A stretch of 64,000 nt of DNA from NCBI GenBank assembly GCA_002269645.1, contig NIVC01001679.1:1-64000 (forward strand), given 5' to 3'. Source of the stretch: Macrostomum lignano (taxonomy: Eukaryota). The notes below the pieces were generated by a model, which saw only the letters and a list, made by a program, of their open reading frames with translations, searched no databases and had not been told where the DNA came from. This document shows, one piece after another, positions 44,692-57,990 of this stretch. A program made the translations under genes and the position numbers. Positions within the stretch are counted from its first letter, which is position 1. Each line of letters begins with the position of its first letter.

Positions 44692-47600
44692 ATGGAAAAA
44701 GAGTTGACAGGCGAGTCGGAGTTTGAGTCGCAACAGAGCCATGGCGAGTCGAGCTTGGCTCAACCGTCTATTGAGGATCCTGCTGACAATGGCAAAGTTG
44801 GTGCCGCTGACAATGGCGACGATGACATCTGTGACGATGCAATTGCAGTTGCTGCTGCCGCGGCCTCTTCAGCTGATGGTGTTGGATCCCAGGAGTTGGG
44901 CAACTATTTGCAGAGCTACATGGGCCGGCGGGCAGCTGCGGCTGAGGCTACCGAGCCAGGTGGGTTTTTGCCCTCTCGTTACTCTCATCTATGACCTCAT
45001 TGTGTAGCTCATCTATGACATTTTGTAGCTCATCTATGACCGCATTATCTAGATCATCTATGAACGCATTATCTAGACTAACTATGATCTCATTTTATAG
45101 CTCATCTATGACCGCATTATCTAGATCAAACTATGACATCATTTTGTAGCTCATCTATGACCTTATTGTGTAGCTCATCTATGACCGCATTATCTAGATC
45201 AACTATGACCGCATTATCTAGATCATCTATGACCGCATTATCTAGACTAACTATGACCTCATTTTATAGCTCATCTATCACCACATGATCTAGATCAAAC
45301 TATGACATCATTTTGTTGCTCATCCATGACCTCATTTTTTAGCTCATCTATGACATAATTATCTAGCTCAATTGTGACTTCACTTTGTATCTCATCTATG
45401 AAGACATTTTGTAGCTCAACTATGACCTCACTTTGTAGCTCATCTTTGACCTCATTATGTATTTCATCTTTGACCTCATTGTGTAATTCATCTTTGAGCT
45501 CATTGTATACCTCATCTATGAATTCCCTGTGTAGCTTATATAACTCACTTTTTAGTTCATATATAACCTCGTTATGTATCTCATTGATGACCTCATTTCA
45601 GGCAGCCTCAACGTCTACGAAGAGCTGCGCCAGAAAGAGCAGGATCTGCTTCTAGCAGCAGAGCTTGGCCGGGCGCTTCTATGCAGCAACGCCCAGCTCA
45701 AAGAGGAGGCCGAGCTGCTGCGAGCCGAGTTCGAAGCTCGCCTGGCCGCTTCGGAAAGGGAGAAGGCCGACCTGCGAGGCAAGATGGACGCCGCTGAGCA
45801 GGACTGGGACGCTCAGCTAAGGGACTTGCAAGTGAGTTGTTTGAGTAGGTGTACCAGCTACTCCACTGTAGCTATTAAAATCCCACTATAAAGATCTGTG
45901 CTTTGTGTGAAGCTTTCCCCTTATTGGGTGTGTCCATGGCATGTGTGAGATTCTCAATAGCATGTGTGAGATTCTCAATGAGACCTGTAAAACCCTCAAT
46001 GAGATATGTGAGATTCTCAATGAGATATGTGAGATTCTCAATGAGATATGTGAGATTCTCAATGAGATATGTGAAAGTCTCAATGAGATGTGTGAGATTC
46101 TCAATAGCATGTCTGAGATTCTCAATGAGATCTGTGAAATCCTCAATGAGATATATGAGATTCTCAGTAAGATTTGTGAGATTCTCAATAGGATCTGTTA
46201 GATTTTGGTTGAGCTCTGTGAGATTCTCAATGAGATCTGTGAGATTATCAGTGAGATTTGTGAGATTCTCAATGGGATTTGTGACATTCTTGATGCGATT
46301 TGTGAGATTGTCAATGATATTTGTGAGATTCTCAAAAAGATATGTGAGATTCTCAATGAGACCTGTGAGATTCTCAATTAAATCTGTTGAAAATATAACG
46401 GCCTATTTATTCTTCCATTCTTTACAAAATATCCCCACCAAAAATGCCCGATCCCAATTTTTTTCTCCGTCTTTCTCAGGCTGAAACTCGCGCCCTACGC
46501 GAGGAGCTGCGCCGGCAGCAGGTGGCCAGATCCGAGCTGCTGGCCGCCAACGAGCGACTTCTTGAAGACTGCCGTCAGAGCGCCGCTCGGGTTGAGAGCC
46601 TTCAGGTAGGAATATTTGCTAATCCATCTTTTATCCGATATTATTAACCACTCTTAATAGCGTTTTTCTCTAAATAGAATCGGCTTATATAAGTTTGGCC
46701 AGTTCGACATCCTTAATCTGCTGTGTATCCACTATCCAGTCTATTTAACCTTGAGGTGGTCTCTCATTACCATCCGTACAGCACCCTTATCTACTCTTTA
46801 TGATTCGTTCCATAATCAGCGCCCCTGTTCCACCCTCTAATCCACCCTCTAATCCGCCCCTGATCTGCCCTCTAATCCGCCCCTGATCTGCCCTCTAATC
46901 CGCCCCTGATCTGCCCTCTAATCCGCCCCTGATCTTCCCTCTAATCTGCCCTCTAATCCGCCCTCTAATTCGCCCCTGATCTGCCCTCTAATCCGCCCTC
47001 TAATCCGCCCCTAATCTGCCCTCTAATCTGCCCTCTAATCTGCCCTCTAATCCGCCCCTAATCCACCCTCTAATCCGCCCCTAATCTGCCCTCTAATCCG
47101 CCCTCTAATCCGCCTCTGATCTGCCCTCTAATCCGCCCCTGATCTGCCCTCTAATCCGCCCCTAATCTGCTCTCTAATCCGCCCCTGATCTGCCCTCTAA
47201 TCCGCCCCTGATCTGCCCTCTAATCTGCCCTCTAATCCACCTCTGATCTGCCCTCTAATCCGCCCTCTAATCCGCCCCTAATCTGCCCTCTAATCCGCCC
47301 CTGATCTGCCCTCTAATCCGCCCCTGATCTGCCCTCTAATCTGCCCTCTAATCCACCTCTGATCTGCCCTCTAATCCGCCATCTAATCCGCCCTCTAATC
47401 CGCCCCTAATCTGCCCTCTAATCCGCCCCTGATCTGCCCTCTAATCCGCCCCTGATCTGCCCTCTAATCCGCCCCTGATCTGCCCTCTAATCTGCCCTCT
47501 AATCCACCTCTGATCTGCCCTCTAATCCGCCCTCTAATCCGCCCCTAATCTGCCCTCTAATCCGCCCCTGATCTGCCCTCTAATCCGCCCCTGATCTGCC

Positions 47601-50600
47601 CTCTAATCTGCCCTCTAATCCACCTCTGATCTGCCCTCTAATCCGCCCTCTAATCCGCCCTCTAATCCGCCCCTAATCTACCCTCTAATCCGCCCCTGAT
47701 CTGCCCTCTAATCCGCCCCTGATCTGCCCTCTAATTCGCCCCTAATCTGCCCTCTAATCTGCACTCTAATCTGCCCTCTAATCCGCCCATAATCTGCCCT
47801 CTAATCCGCCCTCTAATCCGCCCCTGATCTGCCCTCTAATCTGCCCTCTAATCCGCCCTCTAATCGGCCCCTAATCTGCCCTCTAATCCGCCCCTGATCT
47901 GCCCTCTAATCTGCCCTCTAATCTGCCCTCTAATTCGTTCCTGATCTGCCCTCTAATCCGCCCCTGATCTGCCCTCTAATCCGCCCTCTAATCCGCCCCT
48001 AATCTGCCCTCTAATCTGCCCTCTAATCCGCCCTCTAATCCGCCCTCTAATCCGCCCCTAATCTGCCCTCTAATCCGCCCTCTAATCCGCCTCTGATCTG
48101 CCCTCTAATCCGCCCCTGATCTGCCCTCTAATCCGCCCCTGATCTGCTCTCTAATTCGCCCCTAATCTGCCCTCTAATCCGCCTCTGATCTGCCCTCTAA
48201 TCCGCCCCTGATCTGTCCTCTAATCTGCCCTCTAATCTGCCCTCTAATTCGTTCCTGATCTGCCCTCTAATTCGTTCCTGATCTGCCCTCTAATTCGTTC
48301 CTGATCTGCCCTCTAATTCGCCCCTGATCTGCCCTCTTATCCGCCCTCTAATCCGCCCCTAATCTGCCCTCTAATCCGCCCCTAATCCGCCCCTAATCCG
48401 CCCTCTAATCCGCCCCTAATCTGCCCTCTAATCCGCCCTCTAATCCGCCCCTGATCTGCCCTCTAATCCGCCCCTGATCTGCCCTCTAATTCGCCCCTAA
48501 TCTGCCCTCTAATCCGCCTCTGATCTGCCCTCTAATCCGCCCCTGATCTGCTCTCTAATCTGCCCTCTAATCTGCCCTCTAATTCGTTCCTGATCTGCCC
48601 TCTAATTCGTTCCTGATCTGCCCTCTAATTCGCCCCTGATCTGCCCTCTAATTCGCCCCTAATCTGCCCTCTAACTCGTTCCTGATCTGCCCTCTAATTC
48701 GCCCCTGATCTGCCCTCTAATCCGCCCTCTAATCCGCCCCTAATCTGCCCTCTAATCCGCCTCTGATCTGCTCTCTAATCCGCCCCTGATCTGCCCTCTA
48801 ATCCGCCCCTGATCTGCCCTCTAATCCGCCCCTGATCTGCCCTCTAATCCGCCCCTGATCTTCCCTCTAATCTGCCCTCTAATCCACCTCTGATCTGCCC
48901 TCTAATCCGCCCCTGATCTGCCCTCTAATCCGCCCCTGATCTGCCCTCTAATCCGCCCCTGATCTGCCCTCTAATCTGCCCTCTAATCCACCTCTGATCT
49001 GCCCTCTAATCCGCCCTCTAATCCGCCCCTAATCTGCCCTCTAATCCGCCCCTGATCTGCCCTCTAATCCGCCCCTGATCTGCCCTCTAATCTGCCCTCT
49101 AATCCACCTCTGATCTGCCCTCTAATCCGCCCTCTAATCCGCCCTCTAATCCGCCCCTAATCTACCCTCTAATCCGCCCCTGATCTGCCCTCTAATCCGC
49201 CCCTGATCTGCCCTCTAATTCGCCCCTAATCTGCCCTCTAATCTGCACTCTAATCTGCCCTCTAATCCGCCCATAATCTGCCCTCTAATCCGCCCTCTAA
49301 TCCGCCCCTGATCTGCCCTCTAATCTGCCCTCTAATCCACCCTCTAATCGGCCCCTAATCTGCCCTCTAATCCGCCCTCTAATCCGCCCCTAATCTGCCC
49401 TCTAATCCGCCCTCTAATCCGCCTCTGATCTGCCCTCTAATCTGCCCTCTAATCTGCCCTCTAATTCGTTCCTGATCTGCCCTCTAATCCGCCCCTGATC
49501 TGCCCTCTAATCCGCCCTCTAATCCGCCCCTAATCTGCCCTCTAATCTGCCCTCTAATCCGCCCTCTAATCCGCCCTCTAATCCGCCCCTAATCTGCCCT
49601 CTAATCCGCCCTCTAATCCGCCCCTGATCTGCCCTCTAATCTGCCCTCTAATCTGCCCTCTAATTCGTTCCTGATCTGCCCTCTAATCCGCCCCTGATCT
49701 GCCCTCTAATCCGCCCTCTAATCCGCCCCTAATCTGCCCTCTAATCTGCCCTCTAATCCGCCCTCTAATCCGCCCTCTAATCCGCCCCTAATCTGCCCTC
49801 TAATCCGCCCTCTAATCCGCCTCTGATCTGCCCTCTAATCCGCCCCTGATCTGCCCTCTAATCCGCCCCTGATCTGCTCTCTAATTCGCCCCTAATCTGC
49901 CCTCTAATCCGCCTCTGATCTGCCCTCTAATCCGCCCCTGATCTGTCCTCTAATCTGCCCTCTAATCTGCCCTCTAATTCGTTCCTGATCTGCCCTCTAA
50001 TTCGTTCCTGATCTGCCCTCTAATTCGCCCCTGATCTGCCCTCTAATCCGCCCTCTAATCCGCCCCTAATCTGCCCTCTAATCCGCCCCTAATCCGCCCT
50101 CTAATCCGCCCCTAATCTGCCCTCTAATCCGCCCTCTAATCCGCCCCTGATCTGCCCTCTAATTCGTTCCTGATCTGCCCTCTAATCCGCCCCTAATCTG
50201 CCCTCTAATCCGCCTCTGATCTGCCCTCTAATCCGCCCCTGATCTGCCCTCTAATCTGCCCTCTAATCTGCCCTCTAATTCGTTCCTGATCTGCCCTCTA
50301 ATTCGTTCCTGATCTGCCCTCTAATTCGCCTCTGATCTGCCCTCTAATTCGCCCCTAATCTGCCCTCTAACTCGTTCCTGATCTGCCCTCTAATTCGCCC
50401 CTGATCTGCCCTCTAATCCGCCCTTTAATCCGCCCCTAATCTGCCCTCTAATCCGCCCCTAATCTGCCCTCTAATCCGCCTCTGATCTGCCCTCTAATCC
50501 GCCCCTAATCTGCCCTCTAATCCGCCTCTGATCTGCTCTCTAATCCGCCCCTGATTTGCCCTTTAAGCCGCCCTCTAGTCCGCCCATGTTCCACCCTATA

Positions 50601-52543
50601 TTCCTTCCCTGTTCCGCTCTTATATTCTGCCTGATATGTCCTCTAATCCGCCCCCAATCCGCCCTATATTCCGCCCAACCCGCCACCGAATCCGCCCCTC
50701 TACAGACCTGTCTCTCACCCAACCGCTCCCAAATCCGCCCCTCTACAAACCTGTCTCTCACCCAACCGCTCCCAAATCCGCCCCTCTACAAACCTGTCTC
50801 TCACCCAACCGCTCCCAAATCCGCCCCTCTACAAACCTGTCTCTCACCCAACCGCTCCCAAATCCGCCCCTCTACAAACCTGTCTCTCACCCAACCGCTC
50901 CCAAATCCGCCCCTCTACAAACCTGTCTCTCACCCAACCGCTCCCAAATCCGCCCCGCCCCGTGTCGGCCAATCCCGCAGTCCGAGTTGCGCGCCAGACG
51001 CGCCGAAGCGCAGGACCGCCTGGCCGCCGTCAGCGCCGAGGTTGACGAGCTCCGCGCCGAGCGCGCCGACATGGAGCGGCGCCTCGGCCGAGCCGGGGCC
51101 GAGTTGGACGCCCTGGCCGCCGTGGGCGAAGAGCAGCGGGCGCGGCTGGAGGCCCGGCTGGCCGAGCTCACCGACACGGCGGCCGACTTGCGCGAGCGCC
51201 TCGCCGCCAGCCTGGCCAGCCAGCGGCGACAGCAGATGGAGCTGGTGAGGGAGTTGATGCTCGGGTGTTTGGATAATTTTAATCTTTAATTCCTCTGTGG
51301 TACTTGGCTTCACTGATTCCACATCCTGATCCCAGATTCTGAATTCCCACATCCTCAGTTGCTTGGGTCATTATCCTCAAATCCCAGATCCCACATCCTC
51401 AAATCCTAGATCCCACATTCTCAAATCCCAGATCCCATATCCTCAAATCCCAGATCCCACATCCTCAAATCCCAGATCCCATATCCTCAAATCCTAGATC
51501 CCACATCCTCAAATGCCAGATCCCATATCCTCAAATCCCAGATCCCATATCCTCAAATCCCAGATCCCACATCCTCAAATCCCAGATCCCACATCCTCAA
51601 ATTCCAGATCCCGCATCCGCAAATCCTAGATCCCACATCCTCAAATTCCAGATCCCGCATCCGCAAATCCTAGATCCCACATCCTCAAATTCCAGATCCC
51701 ACATCCTCAAATGCCAGATCCCACATCCTCAAATGCCAGATCCCACAACCTCAAATTCCAGATCCCATATCCTCAAATCCTAGATCCCACATCCTCAAAT
51801 CCCAGATCCCACATCCTCAAATCCCAGATCCCACATCCTCAAATTCCAGATCCCGCATCCGCAAATCCTAGATCCCACATCCTCAAATTCCAGATCCCAC
51901 ATCCTCAAATCCCAGATCCCACATCCTCAAATGCCAGATCCCATATCCTCAAATACCAGATCCCACTTCCTCAAATCCCAGATCCCACATCCTCAAATCC
52001 CAGATCCCACATCCTCAAATCCCAGATCCCATATCCTCAAATACCAGATCCCACTTTCTCAAATACCAGATCCCACTTCCTCAAATCCCAGATCCCACAT
52101 CCTCAAATCCCAGATCCCACATCCTCAAATTCCAGATCCCACATCCTCAAATGCCAGATCCCACTTCCTCAAATACCAGATCCCACTTCCTCAAATCCCA
52201 GATCCCACATCCTCAAATTCCAGATCCCACATCCTCAAATGCCAGATCCCATATCCTCAAATCCCAGATCCCACATCCTCAAATGCCAGATCCCGCATCC
52301 GCAAATCCTAGATTTCACATCCTCAAATCCCAATTTTCATATCCTCAAATCCCAGATCCCACATCCTCAAATGCCAGATCCCATATCCGCAAAACCCAAA
52401 TCTTCAAATCCCAAATACTCAAATCCCAGGTCCCACATCCTTAAATCCCAAATCCCAAGTCCTCAAAACCCAAATCTTTAAATCCCAGATCCCATATCCT
52501 CAAATGCCAGATCTCACATTCTCATAGGCCGAGGAGCAGCTGT

Positions 52544-52574
<31 letters not shown>

Positions 52575-55500
52575 AAGCATGATAACTTCGCCATCGACTC
52601 CCTCATCTTCTTCTCACCTGCTATTCCTGTCCGCCTCTGGCGGAGCCGCAATCTCATCTTTCGCCACCGCGGGCACCCCGACCGGAGCAGCTGGCAGGTT
52701 CGGTTTCGACTCCGGCCTCGCCGGCGACTGTCTGGGCGAGTCGCTGTTTAGCGAGCTTGCCGGGTTCGGCGCCTCCGCCGCTCGCATGGACGGCCTTTAT
52801 GACGAGGACATCGAAGAGGACGAGGCCGATGCGCCAGTTGCTGCGTCGGCGGCGGCGCCAGCGGCTTCTGGCGAAGCGGAGACTCGGTCGGAGGAGTTCT
52901 TTGAAGAGGACGGCGTCGGGCGGCGGTGGGACAGACAGGGTGTTGAATCGCTGGTAAGCATACTAGGCTAGTGGTTGTGGGCATGTTGATGCGATACTCC
53001 CATTCAAGCAAGTCGGGGTTTCTTTGGGATTCTTTTTTTGAGTGATTTGGAATTCCATGGATTGCCTTATTTAAGCGATTCTTGATTCTCTAGAGATTCT
53101 CTTGTTTTTGCGATTCGGAATTCCATGGAATTGCCTTATTTAAGCGATTCGGAATTCCCTGAGGATTCCCTTGTTTGCGCGGTTCGGAATTCCTTATTTA
53201 TTTATGCGATTCGGAACTCCCCTGGGGTTCCCTAGTCTGTGCGATTCTGAATTCCATGGAATTCCCTTATTTAGCTATTTGGGTCTCCCTTAGGATTCAT
53301 TCCCTTGTTTGTGCGATTCGGGATTTACTATGTTAATTCCCTTATTTTCAAACAAGTTGGAACTTCCGCATTGGGTAAGTCGGGATTCCCCAATTGAAGC
53401 ACGTGGGGATATCCTATTACGTCGGAGATTCTCTCATTAAGAAATTATTTATTCCATCATGAGAAAACTATTCGAGACTCCCTTATATAACAAGTTATGG
53501 CTCCTCTAAAACAACTTTGAAACAAACCAACAGTTCTAAAACAAACGAAATATTTTTATTTAAGAAATTCGGGATTCTTCCTTTTTGGCAATCAAGAATT
53601 ACTTTGTTTTTGCAATTTGGAATTCCAATATATATTTTTCAATAGGGAATTCCCCTATTAAGGCAATTGGGAATTCCCCTATTTCAGCAATTGGAAATTT
53701 CTCTATAAAAGCAATTGGGATTTCCCTATTTGAGCAATGGGGATTCTCCTATTTGAGCAGTCGGGATTCTCGTATTTGAGCAGTCGGGATTCTCGTATTT
53801 GAGCAGTCGGGATTCTCGTATTTGAGCAGTCGGGATTCTCCTATTTGAGCAGTCGGGATTCTCCTATTTGAGCAGTCGGGATTCTCCTATTTGAGCAGTC
53901 GGGATTCTCGTATTTGAGCAGTCATGATTCTCCTATTTGAGCAGTCGGGATTCTCCTATTTGAGCAGTTGAGGATTCTCCTATTTGAGCAGTCGGGATTC
54001 TCGTATTTGAGCAGTTGAGGATTCTCCTATTTGAGCAGTCGGGATTCTCGTATTTGAGCAGTTGAGGATTCTCCTATTTGAGCAGTCGGGATTCTCCTAT
54101 TTGAGCAGTCGGGATTCTCCTATTTGAGCAGTCGGGATTCTCCTATTTGAGCAGTTGAGGATTCTCCTATTTGAGCAGTTGAGGATTCTCCTATTTGAGC
54201 AGTCGGGATTCTCCTATTTGAGCAGTCGGGATTCTCCTATTTGAGCAGTCGGGATTCTCCTATTTGAGCAGTTGAGGATTCTCCTATTTGAGCAGTTGAG
54301 GATTCTCCTATTTGAGCAGTCGGGATTTTCCTATTTGAGCAGTCGGGATTCTCCTATTTGAGCAGTCGGGATTCTCCTATTTGAGCAGTCGGGATTCTCC
54401 TATTTGAGCAGTTGAGGATTCTCCTATTTGAGCAGTCGGGATTCTCCTATTTGAGCAGTCGGGATTCTCCTATTTGAGCAGTCGGGATTCTCCTATTTGA
54501 GCAGTTGAGGATTCTCCTATTTGAGCAGTCGGGATTCTCGTATTTGAGCAGTTGAGGATTCTCCTATTTGAGCAGTCGGGATTCTCGTATTTGAGCAGTT
54601 GAGGATTCTCCTATTTGAGCAGTCGGGATTCTCCTATTTGAGCAGTCGGGATTCTCCTATTTGAGCAGTCGGGATTCTCCTATTTGAGCAGTTGAGGATT
54701 CTCCTATTTGAGCAGTTGAGGATTCTCCTATTTGAGCAGTCGGGATTCTCCTATTTGAGCAGTCGGGATTCTCCTATTTGAGCAGTCGGGATTCTCCTAT
54801 TTGAGCAGTTGAGGATTCTCCTATTTGAGCAGTTGAGGATTCTCCTATTTGAGCAGTCGGGATTCTCCTATTTGAGCAGTCGGGATTCTCCTATTTGAGC
54901 AGTCGGGATTCTCCTATTTGAGCAGTCGGGATTCTCCTATTTGAGCAGTTGAGGATTCTCCTATTTGAGCAGTCGGGATTCTCCTATTTGAGCAGTCGGG
55001 ATTCTCCTATTTGAGCAGTCGGGATTCTCCTATTTGAGCAGTCGGGATTCTCCTATTTGAGCAGTCGGGATTCTCCTATTTGAGCAGTCGGGATTCTCCT
55101 ATTTGAGCAGTTGAGGATTCTCCTATTTGAGCAGTTGAGGATTCTCCTATTTGAGCAGTTGAGGATTCTCCTATTTGAGCAGTCGGGATTCTCCTATTTG
55201 AGCAGTCGGGATTCTCCTATTTGAGCAGTCGGGATTCTCCTATTTGAGCAGTTGAGGATTCTCCTATTTGAGCAGTTGAGGATTCTCCTATTTGAGCAGT
55301 CGGGATTCTCCTATTTGAGCAGTCGGGATTCTCCTATTTGAGCAGTCGGGATTCTCCTATTTGAGCAGTCGGGATTCTCCTATTTGAGCAGTTGAGGATT
55401 CTCCTATTTGAGCAGTCGGGATTCTCCTATTTGAGCAGTCGGGATTCTCCTATTTGAGCAGTCGGGATTCTCCTATTTGAGCAGTCGGGATTCTCCTATT

Positions 55501-57562
55501 TGAGCAGTCGGGATTCTCCTATTTGAGCAGTCGGGATTCTCCTATTTGAGCAGTTGAGGATTCTCCTATTTGAGCAGTTGAGGATTCTCCTATTTGAGCA
55601 GTCGGGATTCTCCTATTTGAGCAGTTAAGGATTTTCCTATTTGAGCAGTCGGGATTCTCCTATTTGAGCAGTCGGGATTCTCCTATTTGAGCAGTTGAGG
55701 ATTCTCCTATTTGAGCAGTTGAGGATTCTCCTATTTGAGCAGTCGGGATTCTCCTATTTGAGCAGTCGGGATTTTCCTATTTGAGCAGTCGGGATTCTCC
55801 TATTTGAGCAGTCGGGATTCTCCTATTTGAGCAGTCGGGATTCTCCTATTTGAGCAGTCGGGATTCTCCTATTTGAGCAGTTGAGGATTCTCCTATTTGA
55901 GCAGTTGAGGATTCTCCTATTTGAGCAGTCGGATTCTCCTATTTGAGCAGTTAAGGATTTTCCTATTTGAGCAGTCGGGATTCTCCTATTTGAGCAGTTA
56001 AGGATTTTCCTATTTGAGCAGTCTGGATTCCCCTATTTAAGCAGGCGGGGAACTCTCCAGTGAAATCTTTGCGCTAGAAATCCAAGCATCTAAAGAAATT
56101 CTAACAATAATTCAACAATTGTATTTCAGAATCGCCTGATAGAAAATCTGCAAACCGAATTGCAATTAAAAAATCAACAACTGGAGGAGCAGAGCTGCGA
56201 GTTGCGGCAGACAAAGAGCGAGGTAATTCAGTTTTTTTAATTTTTAGAAAAGTTATTTTAAAATATTTTTATTTATGACCCTCATACATGGCTCTTGTGT
56301 CACGATCTTTCAGCTGCAAACACTTCAGGTATACCATATATGTATATGTGCTGTCTTCCATGTTGTTATAGTTTTAGTGTTTTAAAATATTTCATAATCA
56401 ATGTTGTACTTTAATTCAAATTTGTTTTATGCTTGTTGTATTTTTTATTTCTAAGCATGAATGTTTAAACTGTTAAAATAAGCCATAGTTCAAGGAGTTC
56501 TTAACGAAACATCTGGTGTGGAGACTCCGAGTATGCAATTCAAATTTTCACTTCGTGCTGCAGTCCGAATGCTATTTTTAGAATCCTCCCTTTTTCAGTT
56601 GAGCTTCCAGCAACGCCAGACGGAAGCGCTATTGGCTAATGAGTCCGCTATGAAACGAGATCAAAAGGACGCTGCTGAGAAGTAAGAGCCAGCTGCTGTA
56701 GATTTCCTTTGTGGGGGATTCCCCGTAGCTATTTTAGCTATTTTTGCATTGGTTTCCCCATTGGTTCTGTAGTTTTCTTGGAAGGGATTCCCGTGTCTGC
56801 TCTTCTAAAAGGGGTTCCCCCATATCTACTGTAGTTTACTAATAAGGGGATTCCCCATTGCTACTGTAGTTTACTAAGAAGGGGATTCCTCATTGCTACT
56901 GTAGTTTACTAAAAAGGGGATTCCTCATTGCTACTGTAGTTTACTAAGAAGGGGATTCCTCATTGCTACTGTAGTTTACTAAAAAGGGGATTCCTCATTG
57001 CTACTGTAGTTTACTAAGAAGGGGATTCCTCATTGCTACTGTAGTTTACTAAGAAGGGGATTTCCATTGCTACTGTAGTTTACTAAGAAGGGGATTCCTC
57101 ATTGCTACTGTAGTTTACTAAAAAGGGGATTCCTCATTGCTACTGTAGTTTACTAAGAAGGGGATTTCCATTGCTACTGTAGTTTACTAAGAAGGGGATT
57201 TCCATTGCTACTGTAGTTTACTAAGAAGGGGATTCCCCATTGCTACTGTAGTTTACTAAGAAGGGGATTCCCCATTGCTACTGTAGTTAAGTAAAAGGGG
57301 ATTCCCCAGTTACTAAGAATAGTATTCCCCATTGCTAATGTAGTTTACTAAGAAGAGGATTCTCCATTTTATTAACTATTTTTATGGGAAGAGGATTCCC
57401 TGTTCTTATCAATTGAGATACTGTACTGGGTTTTAAAAAATGTGCACTACTATTTTCACCTACAGGCGAATCTGCTTGGAGTCGCAGCTGTCAAGGATGA
57501 AAGCCGAAGTTGAACGGCTCAATAGCGAGCTAAACATCGGCGGATGCTCTCGTGAAAACTGA
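44692..57562 (+). CDS. BICD-related (BICDL1/BICDR-like) coiled-coil dynein cargo adaptor; join(44692..44959,45602..45831,46480..46605,50981..51244,52528..52953,56130..56222,56599..56681,57466..57562), ~528 aa
   Basis: CC1 box QKEQDLLLAAELGRALL, coiled coils, SLFSEL motif, polyQ tract, and a C-terminal RDQKDAAEKRICLESQLSRMK...LNSEL. All seven introns are GT-AG with compatible phases. Confidence 0.85.
44990..45595. repeat. Degenerate ~22-24-bp minisatellite (TAGCTCATCTATGACC...) in BICDL intron 1
   Basis: Tandem imperfect copies. Confidence 0.85.
45945..46380. repeat. 21-bp minisatellite (GTGAGATTCTCAATGAGATAT) in BICDL intron 2
   Basis: About 20 copies; explains the ORFs 45886..46484. Confidence 0.9.
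46840..50560. repeat. ~3.7-kb compound 11-13-bp satellite (CCCTCTAATCCG / CCCCTGATCTG) in BICDL intron 3
   Basis: Hundreds of units; rare variants recur 1484 bp apart. Confidence 0.97.
50690..50955. repeat. 43-bp minisatellite (AAATCCGCCCCTCTACAAACCTGTCTCTCACCCAACCGCTCCC) x6
   Basis: Lies immediately upstream of acceptor 50980. Confidence 0.93.
51365..52515. repeat. 22-bp minisatellite (CCTCAAATCCCAGATCCCACAT) in BICDL intron 4
   Basis: About 50 copies. Confidence 0.95.
53745..56030. repeat. 23/24-bp two-variant minisatellite (GAGCAG-TCGGG/TTGAGG-ATTCTCCTATTT) in BICDL intron 5
   Basis: Roughly 100 copies, preceded by ~700 bp of degenerate GGATTC(C/T)C repeats. Confidence 0.97.
56790..57370. 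repeat. 35-bp minisatellite (GGGGATTCCTCATTGCTACTGTAGTTTACTAAGAA) in BICDL intron 7
   Basis: About 14 copies. Confidence 0.93.
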
Positions 57563-57729
57563 GAACTTTATCAGTGTTCTGCTGGTTGGCTATTAATGTG
57601 GATGATTATTTTTCGATTTTATTGTTTATCAGCTACGAGCGTCGTATTAAATTTGCGTCACAATTTCGTTTGCGTAATCAGCGTTTCTTTATGAAATTTG
57701 TTGTTCCATTTCGCTTACATTCCGTCTAG

Positions 57730-57990
57730 GATTCCCGCATGTACATAAAGGGTATTCTCCATTGATGCATGTACATGAAGGGGATTCCCCATTGATGCAT
57801 GACATGAAGGGTATTCCCCATTGATGCATGTACATAAAGGGGATTCCCCATTGATGCATGTACATGAAGGGGATTCCCCACTGATGCATGTACATTTAGG
57901 GGATTCCCCATTGATGCATGTACACAAAGGGTATTCCCCATTGATGCATGTACATGAAGGGGATTCCCAATCGATGCTTGTACATGTAGG
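57730..57990. repeat. 30-bp minisatellite (GGGGATTCCCCATTGATGCATGTACATGAA) 3' of BICDL
   Basis: About 8 copies. Confidence 0.92.

Noticed and set aside
46840-50560. Telomere-like or interstitial telomeric repeat
   Set aside because: The units (CCCTCTAAT/CCCCTGAT) do not match CCCTAA arrays except sporadically.
51711-52481. ORFs in intronic or intergenic arrays (also 13272..14054 beyond its exons, 45886..46484, 58647..59357, 60131..61162, 62190..62819, 63415..63855)
   Set aside because: They are low-complexity translations of tandem repeats lying between defined exons.
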